Source: Butyrivibrio sp.
GTDB lineage: Bacteria; Bacillota; Clostridia; Lachnospirales; Lachnospiraceae
Direction of reading: 5' to 3'
Assembly (NCBI GenBank): GCA_015056575.1
Contig: SVGA01000015.1
Coordinates: forward strand, 1,370-65,369
Length of the DNA stretch: 64,000 nt
Part shown: in pieces, positions 46,150 to 53,844 of the stretch
How the letters are laid out: every line of letters begins with the position of its first letter
Position numbering within the stretch: position 1 is the first letter of the stretch
Translations under genes and position numbers: made by a program
Notes under the pieces: model-generated
What the model was told of the DNA's origin: nothing
What the model saw: the letters and a program-made list of their open reading frames with translations, nothing else
Databases searched by the model: none

Positions 46150-46286
46150 GTTGTTGGTCCTCCTTAACGCGATATTTCTTTTCCCGAAATAAGGTATTGA
46201 TGCCGTTGGAACCGCTCCGCCTTGAGCAGTAGTTCCAAAAGTCCTGCTGTTACTCTTCTGTGGATAATAATCCAAAAATCTGCAGG

Positions 46287-47654
46287 TCACTCTACCTTGG
46301 GAAGTGTAGCAAAGGATTTCTGTAATTCCTCATCAGTGGGAACGAAATCGCTCATTTCGTGATCGTTGTACTTCTGGTAAGCAACCATATCAAAGTATCC
46401 GGTTCCTGTGAGGCCGAAAACAATATTCTTCTCCTCACCTGTCTCCTTACACTTAAGTGCCTCGTCGATGGCTACTCGGATCGCATGGCTGGACTCGGGA
46501 GCAGGAAGGATGCCTTCAACTCTCGCAAACATCTCCGCGGCCTCAAATACCGAAGTCTGCTCAACGCTTCTTGCTGTGAGAATACCCTGATCGTAGAGTT
46601 CGGAAACAACGCTGCTCATGCCGTGATAGCGAAGACCGCCGGCGTGGTTTGCCGAAGGAATGAATCCGCTTCCCAAAGTATACATCTTGGCAAGTGGACA
46701 AACCTTACCTGTATCGCAGAAATCGTAAGCATATACGCCTCTTGTAAGGCTCGGGCAGGACGCAGGCTCAACAGCAACGATCTCGTAATTATTCTCGCCC
46801 CGAAGGATCTCTCCTGCAAAAGGAGCGATAAGTCCGCCCAGATTGGAACCGCCGCCTGCGCAGCCAATGATCATGTCCGCCTTAATGCCGTATTTATCAA
46901 GAGCTGCCTTGGTCTCAAGACCGATAACAGACTGATGAAGCAGTACCTGGGATAAAACAGAGCCAAGAACGTAGCGATAACCTTCCTGAGAAACAGCTGC
47001 TTCAACTGCCTCGGAAATAGCGCAGCCAAGGCTTCCCGTTGTTCCGGGGAACTCGGCGTTGATCCTGCGACCAACCTCAGTCTCCATGGAAGGAGAAGGA
47101 GTTACCTTAGCGCCGTAGGTTCTCATAACCTCGCGTCTGAAAGGCTTCTGCTCGTATGAAACCTTAACCATATATACCTGGCAGTCCAGGTCGAAGTATG
47201 AACATGCCATTGAAAGAGCTGTTCCCCACTGACCTGCACCGGTCTCTGTGGTAACGCCCTTAAGTCCCTGCTTCTTGGCATAATAAGCCTGAGCAATGGC
47301 CGAATTAAGCTTGTGGCTTCCTGAAGTATTGTTACCCTCGAACTTGTAATAGATATGGGCGGGAGTACCAAGCTTCTCCTCAAGACAATAAGCCCTTACA
47401 AGGGGTGAAGGGCGGTACATTCTGTAGAAGTTCCTGATCTCCTCAGGGATATCAATAAATCTCGAAGTATCATCCAGCTCCTGCTGGGCAAGTTCTCTGC
47501 AAAAAATACCCGAAAGTTCATCCAGTGTAACCGGCTTCAATGTTCCGGGATTCAGGATAGGCGCAGGTTTCTTCTTCATATCGCCCCTTACGTTGTACCA
47601 CTGTTTGGGCATCTCAGATTCTTCAAGGTAGATTTTGTACGGTATTGCACTCAT
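46287..47654 (-). CDS. TrpB-like PLP-dependent enzyme (TrpB2 family), stand-alone
   Basis: PLP-lysine motif NTSGSHKLNSA and the glycine loop GCAGGGSNLGG. ATG 47654 has a GGAGGG SD. Confidence 0.85.
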   Translation of the reverse strand: MSAIPYKIYLEESEMPKQWYNVRGDMKKKPAPILNPGTLKPVTLDELSGIFCRELAQQELDDTSRFIDIPEEIRNFYRMYRPSPLVRAYCLEEKLGTPAHIYYKFEGNNTSGSHKLNSAIAQAYYAKKQGLKGVTTETGAGQWGTALSMACSYFDLDCQVYMVKVSYEQKPFRREVMRTYGAKVTPSPSMETEVGRRINAEFPGTTGSLGCAISEAVEAAVSQEGYRYVLGSVLSQVLLHQSVIGLETKAALDKYGIKADMIIGCAGGGSNLGGLIAPFAGEILRGENNYEIVAVEPASCPSLTRGVYAYDFCDTGKVCPLAKMYTLGSGFIPSANHAGGLRYHGMSSVVSELYDQGILTARSVEQTSVFEAAEMFARVEGILPAPESSHAIRVAIDEALKCKETGEEKNIVFGLTGTGYFDMVAYQKYNDHEMSDFVPTDEELQKSFATLPKVE

Positions 47655-47777
47655 ATTACTTCCCTCCAAATTTTGCTTGTGCGTGACAGGAACAGTCTGT
47701 AAGAATTCATATGCGCGTAACTACGGCTTCTGCCTATTGCTCATCGCTATAACAGCCTTTTCCGACACCTATATATC

Positions 47778-47806
47778 ATCATAGCTTGAATGAAGTCTTG
47801 GGTCAA
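47778..47806 (-). promoter_or_regulatory. Sigma-A-type promoter for the TrpB2 gene
   Basis: The minus strand reads TTGACC (47806..47801), a 17-nt spacer, then TATGAT (47783..47778), ~120 nt upstream of the start codon. Confidence 0.5.
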
Positions 47807-47950
47807 CGAAAATTTTATCGCTTTAACGTGATAGCGTATTCTCGTCATTTACTGTCTTCGCGCGGTGATGTGTGGTATTCCCATCTATTTTGCGATGGCG
47901 CAGCGTTCTCCCCTATTCGGCATTGTTGCTGCAGCGTGAACCATTCGCCT

Positions 47951-48625
47951 TTATCTGGCGTTGACGTGCTCCCCAATAAGTTTCTCCATCCATACCATGT
48001 TGTACCACCTGCCAAACTTGTATCCGCACTTGTGGAACTCGCCAACCATGCTGTATCCAAGTCTTTCATGAAACTTTACACTGTCGAAAGTCAGGTGTTC
48101 ATCCTCTTCTTCCGGGTATCCGATGCAGGCATTTAAGTTGAGGATTCCCTGGGCCTTCAGTCTATTCTCGAGTTCCTCGTAGAGCATTCTTCCGATGCCG
48201 CCTCTTCTTAAGTCCTTATCTATATAGATAGTGGTCTCAACGCTGTACTGATAGGCCTCCCTATCTTTAAAAACTCCCGCATAAGCGTAGCCGAGGATCT
48301 TTTCGGTGTCTCCCTTGGCAGTGACTTTCCCGGCATCGCCGGCGCTCAAACTGCCGTCTTCACCGGTGCAATGTCCTGAGCTTTCATCACAGCACTTCTC
48401 TACTGCGACAATATAAGGATACTTCTTAAGAATCTTCTCAATCCTGCCTCTGAATTCTTCCTCAGAAGGCACGTCATATTCAAAGGTGATCGCCGTATCC
48501 GTCACATAATATTCGTATATTCTTAGTAGCGCCGCCGCATCATCCGGCGTAGCAGTGCGGATTGTGATCAATTGATCTGATTTGTTTAAGCTGTTATCTC
48601 TCATGTATTTAGTTTCTTCTTTCAT
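47951..48625 (-). CDS. GNAT-family N-acetyltransferase (phosphinothricin-acetyltransferase-like) with an internal insertion
   Basis: IRTATPDDAAALLRIYEYYV and RRGGIGRMLYEELE (acetyl-CoA loop). The start is uncertain (48625 or 48604). Confidence 0.8.
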   Translation of the reverse strand: MKEETKYMRDNSLNKSDQLITIRTATPDDAAALLRIYEYYVTDTAITFEYDVPSEEEFRGRIEKILKKYPYIVAVEKCCDESSGHCTGEDGSLSAGDAGKVTAKGDTEKILGYAYAGVFKDREAYQYSVETTIYIDKDLRRGGIGRMLYEELENRLKAQGILNLNACIGYPEEEDEHLTFDSVKFHERLGYSMVGEFHKCGYKFGRWYNMVWMEKLIGEHVNAR

Positions 48626-48768
48626 ATTTTATTTGTCATTTTCATCGATAATCCGACAAAAGCAGCTATTATATGCATTCCTGCATTTGCCCTTTCAAGC
48701 TAGTATATCACTAATCCACGTTTATCAAACATGAATATTATTATTTACATCTTATCTCCAATAGCTTT

Positions 48769-48899
48769 GCCGGTATATGGCGAAGACTTGCTCCGGCCGT
48801 ATATTGCGAAGGTTTATTTTGGCGGTATATTGCGAAGACTTGCTCCGGCCGTATATTGCGAAGGTTTGCTTTGGCCGTATATAGCGAAGGTTTGCTTTG
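48769..48899. repeat. Five tandem ~26-bp repeats (consensus GCCGTATATTGCGAAGGTTTGCTTTG)
   Basis: Units at 48769-48795, 48796-48821, 48822-48847, 48848-48873 and 48874-48899. There are two subtypes (..GACTTGCTCCG and ..GGTTTGCTTTG), ordered A B A B B. Confidence 0.9.
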
Positions 48900-49081
48900 G
48901 AAATATTTCCGCCATATCATCATATTTTTTCCAAAGTCGCCATAATAACCGTGGAAATATGCCTTTTGTAGTGGCTTTTGGAAAAAAAGTGTTCGTTTTC
49001 TCCTGTAGTTTCCAAAAAAGCCCGATTTTTGGAAAAATCGCAGAGCCTTATTCTTGTAATGCCATCCGGCAAAAGATAATT

Positions 49082-49216
49082 ACCCCTCCCCGCAAAACAT
49101 TCTCTACTCCCAGCGCCTCTCTTCCCCAGCGCTAGCTCCCCCACGCAACACCCTCCCCCCCACAAACCTCCTCGCAACGCACCACCTCCCCTCACACACC
49201 ATCTCCCCCACACACC
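49082..49216. repeat. C/A-rich low-complexity tract (G-runs on the minus strand)
   Basis: At least seven runs of 4-7 C within ~135 nt, for example CCCTCCCCCCC at 49151..49161. The tract abuts the terminator at 49217. Confidence 0.85.
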
Positions 49217-49251
49217 AAAAAAGCGGCTTTGAGATTTGATCTCAAAGCCGC
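49217..49251 (-). terminator. Intrinsic terminator after the PAS-GGDEF-EAL gene
   Basis: The minus strand reads GCGGCTTTGAG-ATCAAAT-CTCAAAGCCGC followed by TTTTTT. Confidence 0.88.
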
Positions 49252-49264
49252 CGTAAAAGCCTTA

Positions 49265-51001
49265 TTAACCTTCCACCTTCTCCCATGATAGTCCTTTAGC
49301 CTCAGTGCTGCGCCGTGTTTCCTCCATGGGCATCGGCTTTCCAAAGAAATACCCCTGTGCTCTTTCACAGCCAATATCCTTAAGGAAGTTGAAATGCTCC
49401 TCTGACTCCACGCCTTCACACAGAGGCGATACGCCCATTGCCTTGGCAGCCTTCACGACGTAGGTTATGACCTTTCCGGTGCGTTCATTCCTTGCATAGC
49501 TCCTTAAGAATACCATGTCCAGCTTAAGTACATCGAAGTTGTACTCGGCAATGGTATTAAGAGATGAATACCCGCTTCCGAAATCATCGATCCAAATGTG
49601 ATAGCCCATCGCTCTCATTTTGTTGCACTCGGACTTGATATAGCCTATATTCTCACTGACCGCACTCTCGGTGATCTCAAGATCCAGCATGTTTCTTGGA
49701 ACCTTGTATTCCTCACGGGTGGATTCAACAATGTTGAAGATATCGCACAGTTCAAAGTCCATCCTGGAGATATTGATCGATACCGGCACCAGAGCCTGCC
49801 CTGAATCTCTAAGTGCACAGTAATCCTGACAAACCTTCTTTACCACGAAGCTATCCACAAGATGGATCAGATGATACTGCTCAAGAGTCTCGATAAATTC
49901 CCCCGGGGACAGCATCCCGGCCTTGGGATCGAGCCACCTCACCAGTGCCTCATAGCCGCAGATCTCGCCGGTAGCCACTCTGATGACCGGCTGGTAAAAA
50001 ACCTTGATGTACTCATTCTCGATTGCTTCTTCCACATGATCGATAACAAACTGCTGCCTCCTAAGGTCGTCCCTTAACAGCTCATCATAAATACAGTAAT
50101 TGATATCATGTCTGTTCTTTATGCTGTTGCAGGCAAGACGCGCATGGTCACAGGCAAGTCCCACTTCTGCCCTTCTGTCATCCAGATAGTAGATACCTGC
50201 CTTTATCCTTACCCGCTTGTTGACATCGGCGCTCTGCAAAAGAATCTTATACACCTTCTCAACCTTTTTAACAATATCATCCTGATCTCCCGTTGCGCAT
50301 ACAACGAAGTGATCGTCTGAAAATCTGGAAATGATGGAATTCTCAAAGGTATTGATCAGTGCCCTGGCAAGATCACATAAAAGCTCATCTCCCAGCACAA
50401 AGCCGTTTCGCTCATTGAACAATTTGAAATTAGGTATATCAAAATGGATAAAAGAGATCTCTTCGCGCCAGCTTTCAGGCGACATCAAAAAAGCCTGAAC
50501 CCGCTGGTAGAAGAAAGACATATTAAGAAGCCCCGTAAGGCCGTCGGTTTCCTGACTTGCAGAAAGAATCTCTGCCTCCGCCAAAGAATTGCGGTTTTTG
50601 TTCTGATATTCGTTCTGATCTACGTCCACGATAAAGACGTAGAAATAGCTCTTTCCGTTAAGTGCATGCATAAGATGACCAAAGTCCTCTACATAATGCA
50701 CTTCTCCCTGCTTGTTGACAATTCGGTAGCGGACATAGTCATGCCTCTTTTCACCAAACAGAGTCTGAGCCTGGATCTGATTCTGGATCTTGTGAAGATC
50801 GTCGGGATGCACCATTCCCCTGAAAACTCCGCCGACGTGCTCGATGAATTCCTCATAGGAGTCGCACCCAAACAAACTTACAATGTTGGGCTCGGCAAAG
50901 ACGATTTTCTCGTCTCCTCCCGCTTCATAAATAAAGAATCCTCCCGGCAGATCTAAAGGGAACGAACCATTAGTCACGGTACTGAAATACTCTTTTCTCA
51001 T
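49265..51001 (-). CDS. PAS / degenerate GGDEF / EAL c-di-GMP phosphodiesterase
   Basis: EAL signature GYEALVRW and DDFGSGYSS. The GGDEF position reads SDDHF (degenerate). The N-terminal region is PAS-like. Confidence 0.88.
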   Translation of the reverse strand: MRKEYFSTVTNGSFPLDLPGGFFIYEAGGDEKIVFAEPNIVSLFGCDSYEEFIEHVGGVFRGMVHPDDLHKIQNQIQAQTLFGEKRHDYVRYRIVNKQGEVHYVEDFGHLMHALNGKSYFYVFIVDVDQNEYQNKNRNSLAEAEILSASQETDGLTGLLNMSFFYQRVQAFLMSPESWREEISFIHFDIPNFKLFNERNGFVLGDELLCDLARALINTFENSIISRFSDDHFVVCATGDQDDIVKKVEKVYKILLQSADVNKRVRIKAGIYYLDDRRAEVGLACDHARLACNSIKNRHDINYCIYDELLRDDLRRQQFVIDHVEEAIENEYIKVFYQPVIRVATGEICGYEALVRWLDPKAGMLSPGEFIETLEQYHLIHLVDSFVVKKVCQDYCALRDSGQALVPVSINISRMDFELCDIFNIVESTREEYKVPRNMLDLEITESAVSENIGYIKSECNKMRAMGYHIWIDDFGSGYSSLNTIAEYNFDVLKLDMVFLRSYARNERTGKVITYVVKAAKAMGVSPLCEGVESEEHFNFLKDIGCERAQGYFFGKPMPMEETRRSTEAKGLSWEKVEG

Positions 51002-51048
51002 AGGTCACCTCACTGTTTCCAAATGCAATGAACGGTTACCGCTACCTC

Positions 51049-52098
51049 TCACCTTGTGGAGAGGAAAATATTCTCCCTGACTGCTTTTTCATCCTCCGGA
51101 TAAGTGGAAAGATACGTATCCATCAGTGACGATGCCGTATCAAATTCACCCATATATTCATATGCTGTTATCTTATTTAACATCAGAGCCTGCGAAAGTG
51201 ACTTATCCTCCAGAGCAAGACCGGCTTCAAAGGAAGCAACCGCCCCCTGATAATCCCCCTGTCTTATCTGGCACATCCCCAACTGATTGTAGACAAGTGC
51301 ACTGCTTGGTTCCTCATTGAGATAAGTTTTATAAACGCTTATGGCATAATTGTAGTCGCCCTGTTTTTCTCCGGTCTGTCCCAGCATTATCACCACCGGC
51401 TCTTTTTCCTGATTGCGCTCGTTTCTGGCGGCCTCAAGAAAGCTTTGGGCATCAGCATTGTTCCCCAGGTAAAAAGACATCTGCCCCTTCTCGAAGTTAG
51501 TCATAAAATCCGAGCCGTTGTCCATCGCCTTCTGCAGGATGGAGATTCCCTCCTCCTCGTAGCCATACTGTGCAAGAGCCTTGTATATCAGGATTATGGT
51601 GCCGTAGTCCTTGGGATTCATGGAGATAGCCTTTGAGAAATCTGAGTATCCCGCGTCGTGGGATCCCGAAGCCAATTCCGCCGTTCCGCGAAGATAGTAG
51701 GCCGTACTGTCCTTGCCCCTTAAGGCGATGATGGCATCGTACACCTCCTTGGCCTTGGTGAACTCACCGCGCTTGATAAAAGCATCAGCCAGATAATAGT
51801 TGGTGTCAAAGTCCATATCGTCCACAAGACCGTTATCCGAAGCAAGGCTGGCCATCAGCTCATCCACGGCAGCGTCATACTCACCGCTGTAAAGATAGGC
51901 AATTCCCCTTCCCCTGTGAATAAGGGACATATCTTCGCCATTCTGTTCAGCCGCCGTAAAGCTGTCCAGAGCATTCTGATACTCGTGACTCTCAATGTAG
52001 GAAAACCCTGAATCTATATTGTGTCTGCCGGCAAGGCTCCCGCAGCCTCCCAGCAAGATGGTCGATAATAAGAGCGCTATTGCCACTCTGTACTTCAT
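51049..52098 (-). CDS. TPR-repeat lipoprotein
   Basis: Signal peptide with lipobox LLGGCGS, followed by repeated TPR-like A-x-Y-x-x-G units. Confidence 0.8.
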   Translation of the reverse strand: MKYRVAIALLLSTILLGGCGSLAGRHNIDSGFSYIESHEYQNALDSFTAAEQNGEDMSLIHRGRGIAYLYSGEYDAAVDELMASLASDNGLVDDMDFDTNYYLADAFIKRGEFTKAKEVYDAIIALRGKDSTAYYLRGTAELASGSHDAGYSDFSKAISMNPKDYGTIILIYKALAQYGYEEEGISILQKAMDNGSDFMTNFEKGQMSFYLGNNADAQSFLEAARNERNQEKEPVVIMLGQTGEKQGDYNYAISVYKTYLNEEPSSALVYNQLGMCQIRQGDYQGAVASFEAGLALEDKSLSQALMLNKITAYEYMGEFDTASSLMDTYLSTYPEDEKAVRENIFLSTR

Positions 52099-52137
52099 TC
52101 AAACACTCCCCCTTAAGTAATTGCGCCAAACTGCGTG

Positions 52138-52521
52138 TTACCCAAGGTATGCTATTACTTCCACCTCGCAAAGTACGTCTCTTGGCAGCTTCTTTACTGC
52201 AACGCAGCTTCTGGCAGGTTTGCCTGTAAAGTACTTCTCATAAACAGCATTAAATGCAGCAAAATCAGACATCTCAGCCAGAAAACAGGTTGTCTTTACA
52301 ACGTGCTCGTAGTCTGTTCCGGCCTCCTTAAGGATCTCACCGATATTTCTGCAAACCACTTCTGCCTGATCGGTTATGGTGTTTGTGTCAATCTCTCCGT
52401 CTGCCGGATTAATGGGAATCTGCCCTGATGCAAAGAGAAATCCCCCTGCCTTGATTGCCTGTGAATAAGGTCCTATTGCTGCCGGTGCCTTGTCTGTAGA
52501 AATATACTCTAACATGATCAA
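52138..52521 (-). CDS. ridA: RidA/YjgF-family reactive-intermediate deaminase
   Basis: APAAIGPYSQAIKAGGFLFASGQIP and the C-terminal VEVIA. The start overlaps the upstream stop (ATGA). Confidence 0.88.
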   Translation of the reverse strand: MIMLEYISTDKAPAAIGPYSQAIKAGGFLFASGQIPINPADGEIDTNTITDQAEVVCRNIGEILKEAGTDYEHVVKTTCFLAEMSDFAAFNAVYEKYFTGKPARSCVAVKKLPRDVLCEVEVIAYLG

Positions 52522-52760
52522 TCCTCCTCGCTGTCAAAAACGGCAGTCACATAGAATCCCCTGTCGTTCTCCTCAACCTTTGTTACGACCCCTTTTCTCT
52601 CCAGCATTCTCTCTCTGAAGGGGAAATTTCCTGACATTGCCAGTGACGGGTCGATTGTATAGTAATAGTTACTTGGCAGAACGCCCTCTGTCACGGTGAC
52701 CTTATCGCCAACCTGAAGCAGTCCCGGACGTTCCATTTTAAAAATCATTTCCCTAGACAT
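52518..52760 (-). CDS. hypothetical protein (80 aa)
   Basis: Translationally coupled to ridA and packed tightly in the operon. I recognise no motif. Confidence 0.55.
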   Translation of the reverse strand: MSREMIFKMERPGLLQVGDKVTVTEGVLPSNYYYTIDPSLAMSGNFPFRERMLERKGVVTKVEENDRGFYVTAVFDSEED

Positions 52761-52768
52761 TTATTTTA

Positions 52769-53764
52769 TCACCTTATTATTCCATTATGAAGTAAAAACT
52801 CATGCCATCTCTCATATGAAGAAGCCTTAAGATGAACATCATCAAAGGACAGACTCCTGTCCAGATTTCCATTACCGTCATCCACCACTTCATTCATATC
52901 CAGGTAAAAGATATCCCGATTGTTCGCAAGCTGTGAAATGGCCTCGTTACGTTCGTTGATGTTCTCGTTGGTAAAGTACTTGTCCTTGCTGCTCTTATCC
53001 TCAGTAACATGCATGATACCCTGGATGTAGATAATGGCATCGGGCTGAAGCTCCCGAATCCTGTCAATAACGCCGCTGTAAGCCTCCTTGAAGTACTCTG
53101 CATTTCCTGTGCCTATCTCATTGATTCCAAGCATTATGTAGATCTTGCCGAACTGCTGCTGTTCAAGCGCTGTCTCGACGTTTATCTTGCCATCGTCGGT
53201 CTTGATGAATTCCTTGCTCATGCAGTCGTAGATCGTCAGTGAGACCTTGGCATAAAAAGTTGCCCGCGTATCGAGCGCCTCGCAGTATTCGGACAAACCT
53301 ACTGTTCTGGAATCTCCGATGAAAAGCGCATCAGTGAAATAGTCATCGTCAACATCGGTGAACTCATATACCGGTTCCTCTGCGCTGTTGCCGGAGATAT
53401 CGTAACCGGAACTGTTTCCCGATATGTCAAAAGAGCTGTTTCCGGAAATATCGGCATCTTCCTGCTGCAGGTCCTGTGAAGAAGCTTCTTCCGGACTTTC
53501 ATCCACGGGAGTCTGTTCTTCAGCTTGTGGCACCTCCTCGATACTAAAGCTCTCATCCGGCTCTTTTCCCGAAGACCAGGGATATATTCCCATGGATGCA
53601 GCCTTGAAAACCCTGGCGATAGCCGGTTCATCCGGCCCTTCAGCTCCGCCGCCGATGTCGGCATAGACCGTGTCCTTAAGAGCCATGGACATGACAGATA
53701 AAATTATTGCAGTAGCCCCAATCCCCACAAGGAGAGGGCAGTCTCTGAAAAGTTTCATTAACAC
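52769..53764 (-). CDS. membrane-anchored SGNH/GDSL-family hydrolase or acyltransferase
   Basis: N-terminal TM helix, an acidic linker with 3 x DISGNS, and the catalytic block LFIGDSRTVG. It lies next to an MBOAT gene. Confidence 0.78.
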   Translation of the reverse strand: MLMKLFRDCPLLVGIGATAIILSVMSMALKDTVYADIGGGAEGPDEPAIARVFKAASMGIYPWSSGKEPDESFSIEEVPQAEEQTPVDESPEEASSQDLQQEDADISGNSSFDISGNSSGYDISGNSAEEPVYEFTDVDDDYFTDALFIGDSRTVGLSEYCEALDTRATFYAKVSLTIYDCMSKEFIKTDDGKINVETALEQQQFGKIYIMLGINEIGTGNAEYFKEAYSGVIDRIRELQPDAIIYIQGIMHVTEDKSSKDKYFTNENINERNEAISQLANNRDIFYLDMNEVVDDGNGNLDRSLSFDDVHLKASSYERWHEFLLHNGIIR

Positions 53765-53844
53765 ACTCCAAAGGTCGCCTTTAGGCGCCCCCGTGCCCGC
53801 CGGGGAAAAACAACCGCTGCGCGGCTGATCTTCTCAGCTCACAC

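Noticed and set aside
48769-48899. Possible CRISPR array
   Set aside because: The 26-bp units are directly adjacent with no spacers. They are not palindromic like typical CRISPR repeats, and no cas genes are present.
48920-49213. 97-aa Gly/Trp/Arg-rich minus-strand ORF
   Set aside because: It is the translation of the G-run (C-run) low-complexity tract. It has no SD and an implausible composition.
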